DNA of 64,000 nucleotides from Nannocystales bacterium. Lineage in GTDB: Bacteria > Myxococcota_A > Polyangia > Nannocystales > Nannocystaceae. The stretch covers positions 160,001 through 224,000 of the forward strand of contig JBOEGF010000043.1 of NCBI GenBank assembly GCA_050633305.1, given 5' to 3'. The position numbers and the translations under genes were made by a program. Shown here in pieces: positions 31,235 to 42,084 of the stretch; position 1 is the first letter of the stretch, and each line of letters opens with the position of its first letter. The notes beneath the pieces were generated by a model. It did not search any database and was not told the origin of the DNA. It saw only the letters and a list, made by a program, of their open reading frames with translations.

Positions 31235-32749
31235 ATGACGATCCGGAAGGTGCTGGTCGCCAACCGCGGGGAGATTGCCCGGCGTGTGTTTCGAACCTGC
31301 CGCGAGCACGGCATTGCCACGGTGGCCGTGTTCAGCGACGCGGACGCCGACGCTGTCCACGTCGCGGAGGCCGACGAGGCTGTTCACATCGGTGGATCCG
31401 CGGCAGCGGAGAGCTACCTGCGGATGGAGGTCGTGCTCGAAGCTGCGAAACGGACCGGCGCCGACGCGATTCACCCCGGCTACGGCTTCCTGAGCGAGCG
31501 CGCGGAGTTTGCTGAGGCTTGCGAGGCAGCCGGCATCATCTTCATCGGCCCGCCGGGCTCGGCCATGATCGACATGGGCGACAAGGAGCGCGCTCGCGCG
31601 AAGATGATCGAGGCTGGCGTTCCCGTGGTTCCCGGCCGCGACGGAATTCGGAACACGGCGGAGGCGATCGAAGCCGCGGAGGCGATCGGGTTTCCGGTGA
31701 TGATCAAAGCCTCGGCCGGTGGCGGCGGCAAGGGCATGCGCATCGTCCACGAACCCGAGCGTGTCGCCGCCGGTTTCGAGGGCGCCCAGCGAGAGGCGAA
31801 GGCCTCGTTTGGCGATGACCGCATCTTCCTCGAACGCGCTGTCTTGGGCGCGCGCCACGTCGAGATTCAGGTTCTCGCCGACGCTCACGGCAATGTTGTT
31901 CATCTTGGTGAGCGCGACTGTTCGGTCCAGCGGCGTCACCAGAAGGTCATCGAAGAGGCGCCGTCGCCGAGCCCGCAAATGACCGAGGAGGTCCGGGCGG
32001 CGATGGGCGAAGTGGCCGTGAAGGCGGCGCGGGCCGTGGGGTACCGAAGTGCGGGGACGGTGGAGTTCCTGTTCGAGGAGACACCGGACGGTCCGAACTT
32101 CTTCTTCCTCGAGATGAACACGCGGCTGCAGGTCGAGCATCCGGTCACCGAACTGATCACGGGCCGCGACCTTGTCTGGGATCAGATCCGCATCGCGGCC
32201 GGTGAACAACTCGGCTTCGAGCAGTCCGATGTGGAGTTCCGCGGCCACGCTTTGGAGTGTCGCGTCTACGCCGAGGACCCCGTTTCGTTCCTCCCCCGGC
32301 CGGGTCGGCTCTCGCGAGTCGAGTGGCCGCAAGGTGGTGGCGTCCGGATCGACGGTGCGGTGGCCAGTGGTACCGAAGTGTCGAGCTTCTACGACCCGAT
32401 GATCGCGAAGATGGTGACCTACGGTGCCGACCGAGCCGAGGCGGTTGCGAAGATGGAGCGAGCGTTGGGCGAGACGGTGTTGCTCGGGATCCCGACCAAC
32501 CTGCCGCTGCACTGCCGGGTGTTGGCGGAGCCGACGTTCCGCGACGGAACAGCGGTGACCACGCGATACCTTGAGGAGCACCCCGAGGTGCTCGAGCCGG
32601 TCGAGATCCCCGCGACCCGTGTCGCGGCAATCGCCGCCGCAGCGGCATGCGCGGCCCGCGAGGGGCAGGGGACCCACGAGCGCGCGGACGACTCTGCGAC
32701 GACGTCGACCGGTTCCTCCTGGCGACACGCTGTCCGCTGGCGGCAGTAG
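31235..32749 (+). CDS. Biotin carboxylase subunit of an acyl-CoA carboxylase
   Basis: VLVANRGEIA, HPGYGFLSE, GGGGKGMR, RDCSVQRRHQK, EMNTRLQVEHPVTE, YDPMIAK; no fused biotinyl domain. Confidence 0.94.
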   Translation: MTIRKVLVANRGEIARRVFRTCREHGIATVAVFSDADADAVHVAEADEAVHIGGSAAAESYLRMEVVLEAAKRTGADAIHPGYGFLSERAEFAEACEAAGIIFIGPPGSAMIDMGDKERARAKMIEAGVPVVPGRDGIRNTAEAIEAAEAIGFPVMIKASAGGGGKGMRIVHEPERVAAGFEGAQREAKASFGDDRIFLERAVLGARHVEIQVLADAHGNVVHLGERDCSVQRRHQKVIEEAPSPSPQMTEEVRAAMGEVAVKAARAVGYRSAGTVEFLFEETPDGPNFFFLEMNTRLQVEHPVTELITGRDLVWDQIRIAAGEQLGFEQSDVEFRGHALECRVYAEDPVSFLPRPGRLSRVEWPQGGGVRIDGAVASGTEVSSFYDPMIAKMVTYGADRAEAVAKMERALGETVLLGIPTNLPLHCRVLAEPTFRDGTAVTTRYLEEHPEVLEPVEIPATRVAAIAAAAACAAREGQGTHERADDSATTSTGSSWRHAVRWRQ

Positions 32750-32808
32750 TCGGTCCTTCGCGGCATTTCAGCCGGGCGCAAGCCCATACGGTGCCGGCCC
32801 GGTCGTGA

Positions 32809-34506
<1,698 letters not shown>

Positions 34507-34742
34507 CCCCTCGGTTGCGGCACCGCGAAACACAGCGGTGGCACTTCCGATTTCGGGAGCTCGCCTGGCCGCGCCTTGGCACCGCCGCGGTCCCCGACGC
34601 CTCGCGATCCCTCTCGTAGGGGTTCAATCGACTGGGCCGGGTTGGGGACGGCGGCCACATCCACCGTCCCGTGTCCACCTCGACGACCGCTAAGAGACTG
34701 GAATCTCTACGTAGGCCAGGCACCTACTGCCCCATCTGAATC

Positions 34743-34758
34743 GGGCACGTTCCCTGCA
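34743..34758 (+). promoter_or_regulatory. Putative sigma54 (-24/-12) site upstream of rpoN
   Basis: GGGCACGTTCCCTGCA with GG(34744-45)-N10-GC(34756-57). Confidence 0.55.
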
Positions 34759-34815
34759 AAGCTGCTAAGGTGAAATTCGCTCGGGTGACGGGCGAAGGAG
34801 ACGGATGACCCCCTC

Positions 34816-36294
34816 ATGGCGCTGAACATGCGGCAAGAACTGCGGATGAGTCAGCAGCTGGTGATGACACCCCAGCTGCAACAGGCCATCAAGCTCCTGC
34901 AGCTGTCGCGTGTCGAGCTCACGGACCTGGTCCGCTCCGAGCTCCTAGAGAACCCGCTGCTCGACGACGCACAGGAGATGGGTTCCAGCAATGAGGAGCC
35001 CGTCACCTCGGTCGAGATGCAAGACGGCCTGGAGAACCAGCGCGATGGGGGGGAGCCGGCGAAGAGCGAGTCCCCCGAGAAGGAGCTCAAGGTCGACGAC
35101 GGTCCGAAGGACAACTTCGACTGGGAGGCCTACCTCGAGAACAACTCCTATGCGCCCACCACGGGCCCCGGTGTCGCGGTTCAAAACGAGGACATGCCCT
35201 CGCTCGAGGCGACCGCTTCGCGACCGGAAACCCTCGTCGAGCACCTCATGTGGCAGATCCGTCTGGCGAGTTTCTCGGCCGATGAAGAGGAGATCGCCGA
35301 GTACATCGTCCGCAGCATGAACGGCGCGGGCTACCTCCGGGACACCTCCGTCGTTCAGCTCGCGCGGCGCAGTGACTACTCCGTGCTTCGGGTGGAGCAG
35401 GTCTTGCGACGCATCCAGCAGCTCGATCCTTTCTCGATCGGCGCCCGAAACCTCGCCGAGTGCCTCTGGATTCAGGTCAACCATCCTGACGAGCCGATCG
35501 AGGACCCGCTGGTCCGAGGCATGATCTGCAAGCATCTGGGCAACCTCGAGAAGCGCGCCTACCCGGCGATCGCTCGCGATATGGGGGAGCCCGTCGAAGA
35601 GGTCTACGAGGGCGCCAAGATGATCATGGCTCTCGAGCCACGGCCCGCGCGAGCCTACTCGTCCGAGGAATCGAGCTACATCGTTCCCGACGTCTACATT
35701 CAGAAGATCAGCGACGAGTACGTCGTCTCGCTCAACGACGACGGCTTGCCCAAACTGAAGATCAGCGGCTTCTACCGCGGCGCGATGGGGACCAACCGCG
35801 AGGCCAAGGAGTACATCAGCGAGCGCCTTCGCTCGGCGCAGTGGCTGATCCGCTCGATTCAGCAACGTCAGCGCACGATCACCAAGGTTGCGAAGAGCAT
35901 CCTGAAGTTCCAGCGACCCTTCTTCGAGAAGGGTGTCGAGCACCTCAAGCCGTTGATCCTCAAAGACGTTGCGGAGGACATCGAGATGCACGAGTCGACG
36001 GTCAGCCGGGTGACGACCAACAAGTACGTCCACACCCCGCAGGGAATCTTCGAGCTGAAGTTCTTCTTCAACGCCGGGATCAGCCGCGGCAACGGCGAAG
36101 AACTCGCCTCCGAAGCGGTCAAGACGAAGATCAAGGTCCTGATCGCCCAGGAGGATCCGAAGCGGCCGTTCAGCGACCAGAAGCTTGTGGAGCTCCTCAA
36201 GGCCGACAGCATCGACATCGCGCGACGCACGGTGGCGAAGTACCGCGAGCAGCTGGGCGTGCTCAGCAGCAGCAAGCGTCGGCGCTTGTTTTAG
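34816..36294 (+). CDS. rpoN: RNA polymerase sigma-54 factor
   Basis: QQLVMTPQLQQAIKLLQL, MHESTVSRVT, RpoN box ARRTVAKYRE. Confidence 0.98.
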   Translation: MALNMRQELRMSQQLVMTPQLQQAIKLLQLSRVELTDLVRSELLENPLLDDAQEMGSSNEEPVTSVEMQDGLENQRDGGEPAKSESPEKELKVDDGPKDNFDWEAYLENNSYAPTTGPGVAVQNEDMPSLEATASRPETLVEHLMWQIRLASFSADEEEIAEYIVRSMNGAGYLRDTSVVQLARRSDYSVLRVEQVLRRIQQLDPFSIGARNLAECLWIQVNHPDEPIEDPLVRGMICKHLGNLEKRAYPAIARDMGEPVEEVYEGAKMIMALEPRPARAYSSEESSYIVPDVYIQKISDEYVVSLNDDGLPKLKISGFYRGAMGTNREAKEYISERLRSAQWLIRSIQQRQRTITKVAKSILKFQRPFFEKGVEHLKPLILKDVAEDIEMHESTVSRVTTNKYVHTPQGIFELKFFFNAGISRGNGEELASEAVKTKIKVLIAQEDPKRPFSDQKLVELLKADSIDIARRTVAKYREQLGVLSSSKRRRLF

Positions 36295-36299
36295 GCCAA

Positions 36300-36672
36300 G
36301 CGATTCGCTTCGCGAATCGCGGGGGGGCCGGAAGCGATTCGCGGAGCGAATTGCGTGGCCCGATGCTCGCGACAAGCGAAAAGCGTGGCCCCGTGCTGGA
36401 AACAAACGAAAGGCGTGGCCCCCGATGTTGGCAACAAGCGAAAAGCGTGCCCCCATGCTGGCAACAAACGAAAGCGTGGCCCCGCGCGAGGCGTCTCCGC
36501 GCTCCGGTGTGGGCGGATGCTCCCGCTGGGCTCTTAGGGAATCCACGGCGGCGCGGATTCATGGCGTGGCGCCTTGACGGCGAGGGCGCCGCTTGGGGAC
36601 CGAGGCCCACGCAATTCGCTGCGCGAATCGCTTCCGGGCCCCCCGCGAATCGCGACGGGGGTCGCGATTCGC
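36300..36672. repeat. Intergenic element with ~50-bp terminal inverted repeats and end hairpins (MITE/REPIN-like)
   Basis: 36312-36360 is the reverse complement of 36604-36653 (3 mismatches, 1 gap); perfect hairpins GCGATTCGC-ttc-GCGAATCGC (36300-36320) and GCGAATCGCGAC-gggg-GTCGCGATTCGC (36645-36672). Confidence 0.85.
36353..36483. repeat. Tandem repeat, 4 units of 29-32 bp plus a partial fifth
   Basis: Units start 36353, 36383, 36413, 36445, 36474; consensus GCGTGGCCcc(g)atGCTgGcaACAArCGAAAa. Confidence 0.9.
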
Positions 36673-36724
36673 TCGGGACGACGGCGGGGGAGAGATGGCC
36701 TATGCTCCTGTGGGACCTTCATCC

Positions 36725-37744
36725 ATGCGCAAGGAGAACGCGGTTGAGCTTTCGCAGCTACTCGATGACGACGACACGTCGCCGCTGGGGCTGCGCCCGT
36801 TGTCCAGCTGGGGTGGGTTGAACCGGCGGACAACGCGGCCACGGATTCAAAAACCCGGTCTCGCGTTGTCGGGGTTCACCAAGCACGTCTATCCCGATCG
36901 GGTGCAGGTGCTCGGGCTCTCGGAGATCGACTTCATCCACTGCGCGGACAAGGCGGAGATCGAGGCTGGCCTCAAGAAGTTCCTCGACAAGGACCCGTGC
37001 GCGCTCATCGTCACACGCGGCCTCGAGCCGCCCGAGCTGTTGATGCGCGAGGCCGAAGCTCGCGGCATTCCGGTCTTGGGGACCTCGGTGATGACCTCGA
37101 CGTTCATCACGCGGATGACCCGCCGGCTCGAAGAGCTGCTCTCTCCTACCGCGAGCATTCATGGCGTGTTGGTCGATGTCCTCGGTGTGGGTGTCTTGCT
37201 CATCGGCCGCAGCGGTGTGGGAAAGAGCGAGGCCGCGCTGGATCTGGTGCTCAAGGGACACCGGTTGGTCGCCGATGACGTCGTCGAAGTGACCGTGCGG
37301 CCGCCCGACACGGTGTGGGGCGCGGCGACCGAGCTTCATCAGCACCACATGGAGATCCGGGGGATGGGCATCCTCAACATCACGCACCTCTTTGGGGTGG
37401 CTGCGGTGCGCGACAACAAGAAGATCGAAGTCGTCGTCGAGCTCAGCGAAGTCGACGAAGGGGACTACGATCGTCTGGGCACGGAGTCCCAGGTCTGGCC
37501 GATCCTTCAAGTCGACGTCCCGCTGGTCCGCATTCCGCTGCGTCCGGGTCGAAACATCGCCTCTCTGATCGAGGTCGTCGCACGCAACCAGATCCTGAAG
37601 TATCGCGGGCACGACTCGGCGCGCGAGTTCCAGGAGAAGGTCAACGCCCGGATTCGCGAGAGCATTCGTGCCCAGGGCGATGGCGCCACGGAGCCGGTGC
37701 AGAAAAGCAACAGCAACATGATTCGGGTTACAGAGGTGGAGTAG
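36725..37744 (+). CDS. hprK: HPr kinase/phosphorylase
   Basis: IQKPGLALSGF, HGVLVDVLGVGVLLIGRSGVGKSEAALDLVLKGHRLVADDVV, MEIRGMGI, PGRNIA. Confidence 0.95.
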   Translation: MRKENAVELSQLLDDDDTSPLGLRPLSSWGGLNRRTTRPRIQKPGLALSGFTKHVYPDRVQVLGLSEIDFIHCADKAEIEAGLKKFLDKDPCALIVTRGLEPPELLMREAEARGIPVLGTSVMTSTFITRMTRRLEELLSPTASIHGVLVDVLGVGVLLIGRSGVGKSEAALDLVLKGHRLVADDVVEVTVRPPDTVWGAATELHQHHMEIRGMGILNITHLFGVAAVRDNKKIEVVVELSEVDEGDYDRLGTESQVWPILQVDVPLVRIPLRPGRNIASLIEVVARNQILKYRGHDSAREFQEKVNARIRESIRAQGDGATEPVQKSNSNMIRVTEVE

Positions 37745-37746
37745 CG

Positions 37747-38607
37747 GTGGACCTTCTCGTCATTTCCGGTCTCAGTGGTGGTGGCAAGTCCACCGCTTTG
37801 CATGCGCTCGAAGACCTTGGGGTCTACTGCGTGGACAACGTGCCCTTGGTGCTGCTTCCGCAGCTGATGGAGAGCGTGCGTCGTACCGAGGACGATCGTC
37901 CGGTCGCGGTCGTCGTCGATGCCCGAGATACGGCCTACCTCGAACGCTTCGGTGAGATTCACCAGCAGCTCACCGACGCTGGCCACAGTGTGGACGTGCT
38001 GTTCTTCGAGGCTGCCACCGACGTGCTCGTGCGTCGGTACTCCGAGACCCGACGGCGCCACCCGATGGGGGACCTGCCCGAGGCCATCGATCGTGAACGC
38101 GAACTGCTCGGCCCGATCCGGGAGAAGTCTGAGCGCCCGATCGATACCTCCACGTTGACCGGGCGGCAGCTTCGACAGTTGATGCGCGACCGTTTCGGCA
38201 GCGGGGGCACGCTTCGACTCGTGCTCACCTCGTTCGGGTTTCGCAACGGTGTCCCGAGCGAGGCCGACATCGTCTTGGATGCCCGCTTTCTCGACAACCC
38301 GTTCGAGCGTGAAGACCTGCGCCCGCTCTCGGGTTTGCACGAGCCGGTCGCCGATTACGTTCTCGGCCAGGAAGACGCACAGACCCTGCTTGGGCACATC
38401 GAGACCTTGGTGCGGTTCGCTGCGCCGCGGTCCGCCGCCGAGGGACGCTCGTACCTCACGGTCGCCGTCGGATGTACCGGCGGGCAGCACCGCTCGGTTG
38501 CTCTGGTCGAGGCGTTGAAACGCTCGCTGTCCGCAGGGGACGCGTTCATGGAGCCCGCTCCGCGGCTTGTGGTGCGGCACCGTGATGTCGGGGGCACGGC
38601 GAGATGA
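37747..38607 (+). CDS. rapZ: RNase adapter / P-loop protein RapZ (YvcJ)
   Basis: SGLSGGGKS..LEDLGVYCVDNVP, RYSETRRRHP, SFGF, RFLDNP, GCTGGQHRSV. Confidence 0.95.
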   Translation: MDLLVISGLSGGGKSTALHALEDLGVYCVDNVPLVLLPQLMESVRRTEDDRPVAVVVDARDTAYLERFGEIHQQLTDAGHSVDVLFFEAATDVLVRRYSETRRRHPMGDLPEAIDRERELLGPIREKSERPIDTSTLTGRQLRQLMRDRFGSGGTLRLVLTSFGFRNGVPSEADIVLDARFLDNPFEREDLRPLSGLHEPVADYVLGQEDAQTLLGHIETLVRFAAPRSAAEGRSYLTVAVGCTGGQHRSVALVEALKRSLSAGDAFMEPAPRLVVRHRDVGGTAR

Positions 38608-39059
38608 CCCCCCCCGAGGGCGCCAGCCCGGCCAAGAGCGTCGGCGTGGTCTTGGTGGGTCACGGAGAGACCGCCAGTCACCTGCTGCGCGCCGCACAGG
38701 GGATCGCCGCCCCGGGGTCGCTCGATGGCGTGGTCGCGCTCGATGCCGGCCCAGGGGACTCGGACTCGTTCACGGCAGCGATGTGCGAAGCACTCGATCG
38801 CGTCGACGGAGGGCAGGGGGTGCTCCTCCTGGTCGACCTTCTCGGTGCGAGTCCCTGCCAGTGTGGCCATCGCGAGGGCAAGACGCACCATGTCGTCGTT
38901 CTCTCCGGGCTGAACCTGGCCATGCTACTCAAGCTTTCCAGCCTCGACCGAGCCTCCAGCACCGCGGAGGAACTCGCCGAGGCGTGTGCCTGCAGTGCTC
39001 AGCGCTCCGTCTGCGTCAGCCCTGCGCCCCCTTCTCCGCCCCAACCGGCGGACTCCTGA
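38604..39059 (+). CDS. PTS EIIA, mannose/fructose-type
   Basis: GVVLVGHG, GVLLLVDLLGASP, SGLNLAML. Confidence 0.85.
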   Translation: MTPPEGASPAKSVGVVLVGHGETASHLLRAAQGIAAPGSLDGVVALDAGPGDSDSFTAAMCEALDRVDGGQGVLLLVDLLGASPCQCGHREGKTHHVVVLSGLNLAMLLKLSSLDRASSTAEELAEACACSAQRSVCVSPAPPSPPQPADS

Positions 39060-39069
39060 GAAACCCTGG

Positions 39070-39339
39070 ATGTCAGCTAGTGGAGACCACACCATCGTCA
39101 ATGACCTCGGCTTGCACGCCCGCCCGGCGAGTAAACTCGTCGCGCTCGCCAACAAGTTTGGTGCGGACGTGTTCATCGGCAGTGGCGGCCGAGAGGTCAA
39201 CGGCAAGAGCATCCTCGGGGTGCTGATGCTCGCCGCGGCGAAGGGCACGACGCTCTCGGTTCGCTGCGAAGGGCAGCAAGAAGACGAGGCCTACGCGGCC
39301 CTCGGCAAGTTGGTCGACGACGGTTTCGGAGAGCTGTGA
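39070..39339 (+). CDS. ptsH: Phosphocarrier protein HPr
   Basis: GLHARPA (His15), NGKSILGVLML (Ser46). Confidence 0.95.
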   Translation: MSASGDHTIVNDLGLHARPASKLVALANKFGADVFIGSGGREVNGKSILGVLMLAAAKGTTLSVRCEGQQEDEAYAALGKLVDDGFGEL

Positions 39340-41171
39340 GCCGACGCGCCGACCGCCACGTCCACGGGCGGACCCTTCGGGGGATCGCCGTGAGCTCAGG
39401 CATTGCGATCGGTCCGGCGTATGTCGTCGACCGGAGAAAACAACACATCGAAACCCGAGATATCGAGCGCGCGGAGACCGATGAGGAACTCGCGCGTTTC
39501 GAAGCTGCGCTTGCGGAGACTCAGTCTCAGCTGAAGACCATCGAGGGGCGCTTGCCTCATGGCGAGCACCGACAGATCCTTCGGGCACAGCAGCTGATGC
39601 TCGAAGACCCGGACCTTGCGGGGCGGGTCTCCGAGATTGTGCTCGAGGAATTGATCGGCGCCGAGTGTGCTCTGGCGCGGGTGGCCGATGAGATCCGCGA
39701 GATGCTCGAGCAGGCGGACGCGGAGCATTTCCGCGAGCGCAGCACCGACATCACACTGCTGGCCGAGCGTGTGCTCGTGAACCTACTCGGGCACGAGCCC
39801 CAGGCCCTGCGCCCCCCCGCCGGAGCGGTTGTCATCGCACATGACCTCTCCCCAGCCGATACCGCGGAGATGGTGCGTAGCGACATCGTCGGCATCGTGA
39901 CGGCGGTTGGCGGGCTCACCGGACACAGCGCCATCATCGCGCGTTCGATGGAACTCCCCGCCGTGGTGGGCGTCGACGACGTGGACTTGGTGGTCGAGCG
40001 CGGCGACACCGTGGTTCTGGACGCGATTCACGGCGTCGTGTTGCTACGGCCGTCGGAGGCGCAGCTCGATGAGTGGAACGAAGCGCAGCGCAGGTACGAC
40101 GAATTCGAGGACCAGGTTCAGCGCGAACATGGGCTACCTGCGATGACCGGTTGCGGTCAGCGGGTCACGTTGCGGGCCAACGTGGCGCTGACCGAAGAGG
40201 TGGCCTCGTCGCGTTTTCACGGTGCCGAAGGGGTGGGCCTGTATCGGACGGAGTTCCTCTACATGGGTCGAGACTCGGCGCCGAGCGAAGAGGAGCATTA
40301 CCGACACGCGAAGGATGTGTTGCGACAGATGTCGCCGTACCCCGTCGTGTTTCGAACGTTCGACTTGGGGTCCGACAAGCAAACCGCGCTCTTGAACTAC
40401 GATGCCGATGCCGAGGCCAACCCGGCGATGGGCGTTCGCGGGCTGCGGCTGGCACTGACGAACCGCGAGTGGTTCCTCTCGCAGGTCCGGGGACTGCTTC
40501 GCGCCGCTCTCCATGGTCCGCTGAGGATCATGCTTCCGATGGTGACGAGCTTGCCCGAACTCAAGCTTGCGCTCGAGGTTGTCGAGCAGGCGCGTCAACA
40601 ACTCGAAGACGACCGGCTCGCCTATGCTCAGGACGTTCCCGTCGGGATGATGGTCGAGGTCCCCTCGGCTGCACTCGAGGCCGAGCGACTCGCTCGCTAC
40701 GTCGACTTCATGAGCATTGGTACCAACGACCTCATCCAGTACACGCTCGCGATCGACCGTGAGAACGACGATGTGGCCTACCTGTACCGCCCACTTCAGT
40801 CGGCGATCCTGCAGCTGATCCAGCGAGTGAGCGAAGCGGGCCGTGCAGCGGGCATCCCGGTGAGTTTGTGCGGTGAGCTCGCGGCTGACCCCCGTTACAC
40901 GTGGGTGCTCCTGGGGCTAGGCGTCACGGAGTTGAGCATGCATCCTTCGGCCATTCCCGTGATCAAGAACATCATTCGGAGCTCGGACTACGACGAGATG
41001 GTGAGCCTCGTCAGCGAGGTGCTCGAGGTGGAGGACGTGGACGACGCCGAACGGCTGGTCCTGCGGAAGATGCGGGCGCGTTTCCCCGAGCACCTCGATC
41101 ACGGAGGCGGGCAGCGTCTGGCGACCGAGGACGCCGCCGACGAGGCACAACCGCAAGAGGGGTCGGGATGA
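39336..41171 (+). CDS. ptsI: PTS enzyme I
   Basis: GGLTGHSAIIARS, GVGLYRTEFLY, RTFDLGSDK, MVEVPSA, SIGTNDLIQYTLA, CGELA. Confidence 0.95.
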   Translation: MSRRADRHVHGRTLRGIAVSSGIAIGPAYVVDRRKQHIETRDIERAETDEELARFEAALAETQSQLKTIEGRLPHGEHRQILRAQQLMLEDPDLAGRVSEIVLEELIGAECALARVADEIREMLEQADAEHFRERSTDITLLAERVLVNLLGHEPQALRPPAGAVVIAHDLSPADTAEMVRSDIVGIVTAVGGLTGHSAIIARSMELPAVVGVDDVDLVVERGDTVVLDAIHGVVLLRPSEAQLDEWNEAQRRYDEFEDQVQREHGLPAMTGCGQRVTLRANVALTEEVASSRFHGAEGVGLYRTEFLYMGRDSAPSEEEHYRHAKDVLRQMSPYPVVFRTFDLGSDKQTALLNYDADAEANPAMGVRGLRLALTNREWFLSQVRGLLRAALHGPLRIMLPMVTSLPELKLALEVVEQARQQLEDDRLAYAQDVPVGMMVEVPSAALEAERLARYVDFMSIGTNDLIQYTLAIDRENDDVAYLYRPLQSAILQLIQRVSEAGRAAGIPVSLCGELAADPRYTWVLLGLGVTELSMHPSAIPVIKNIIRSSDYDEMVSLVSEVLEVEDVDDAERLVLRKMRARFPEHLDHGGGQRLATEDAADEAQPQEGSG

Positions 41172-42052
41172 GCACGCCAGGGCTCGAGCCCGGCGCACCG
41201 TGGCTTCCGGCTGAAGTCGCGGATGACAGCCGGCTGTTGGATCTGTCTTTTGGTCGGGTGTTCGCGTGCGATGTGCACCCGCCAGCAGCCGAGGTTCGCA
41301 AGCCGCCGTTGGTTCTGCTTCACGGCCTCTTTCTCACCCACCACACGTTTTCGCGGATCATTCCCCAGCTCGCGGTGGACCGACGCGTTGTGGCACTCGA
41401 TCTTCCGGGCGCGGGAGACAGTGATCGGCCGAATGCAGCCCAGGTGGACGACTATTCGTTCGAGTGGCTCTCCGAAGCGATCGCTGAGGCTCTCGAGACG
41501 CTCGGTGTCTCGGCGTGCAGCCTGGTCGGGCACGACTTCGGCGGGACGCTGGCCCTGGTTCTCGCCGCCAAAGAGCCCGCGCGTGTTCGGGAACTCTTCC
41601 TGCTCAGTCCGTTGGCGCTCACCGTGAGCCTTCCACTTCAGGGGGCTCTGGCCATCGCGCCTTCATTGGGGCTCGAGGTGTTCCGACGGACGCTACGCCG
41701 CGCCGACTTCGTTCGGTTCTTTGAGCAAGGGCTGTCGACCCCGGAACTCCTCGATGAGGGAGATGCGCACGTGTTTTGGGACCGTTTGTGCCGCTGGGGC
41801 GGTCGAGAGGCCGCCTACGCCATGCTTGCCCAGATGCCCAGCGTGGTGCGGTTGCGGGATCGCTTCGTCACTGTCGAGGCCCCCACCACACTGGTATGGG
41901 GGGACCGCGACCAGATCGTCCCACCGGACCACGCATCCCGCCTGGCGGCGCTGCTGCCGAACGCGTCCGAGGCGATCATCGATGGGTGCGGGCACAACCC
42001 CGCGTACGAGCGGCCCAACGAACTCGCCAAGTTGCTGGGCGCACGCGCGTAG
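41168..42052 (+). CDS. Alpha/beta hydrolase
   Basis: LLHG, DLPGAGDS, GHDFGG (Asp nucleophile type), WGDRD, CGH. Confidence 0.88.
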   Translation: MSTPGLEPGAPWLPAEVADDSRLLDLSFGRVFACDVHPPAAEVRKPPLVLLHGLFLTHHTFSRIIPQLAVDRRVVALDLPGAGDSDRPNAAQVDDYSFEWLSEAIAEALETLGVSACSLVGHDFGGTLALVLAAKEPARVRELFLLSPLALTVSLPLQGALAIAPSLGLEVFRRTLRRADFVRFFEQGLSTPELLDEGDAHVFWDRLCRWGGREAAYAMLAQMPSVVRLRDRFVTVEAPTTLVWGDRDQIVPPDHASRLAALLPNASEAIIDGCGHNPAYERPNELAKLLGARA

Positions 42053-42084
42053 GCCCGGCGGGGGAGTGCGTTACACTCCCGCTC

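Noticed and set aside
34615..34635. tRNA T-loop-like GGTTCAATC
   Set aside because: No T-stem, acceptor stem or cloverleaf around it
36353..36483. Possible mini CRISPR array (~30-bp periodicity)
   Set aside because: Units are contiguous and similar along their whole length, with no unique spacers; no cas genes in the window
36295..36724. Short ORFs over the repeat element (RGPMLATSEK-type repeats)
   Set aside because: Unit lengths 30/30/32/29 break the frame; inverted-repeat structure explains the sequence better
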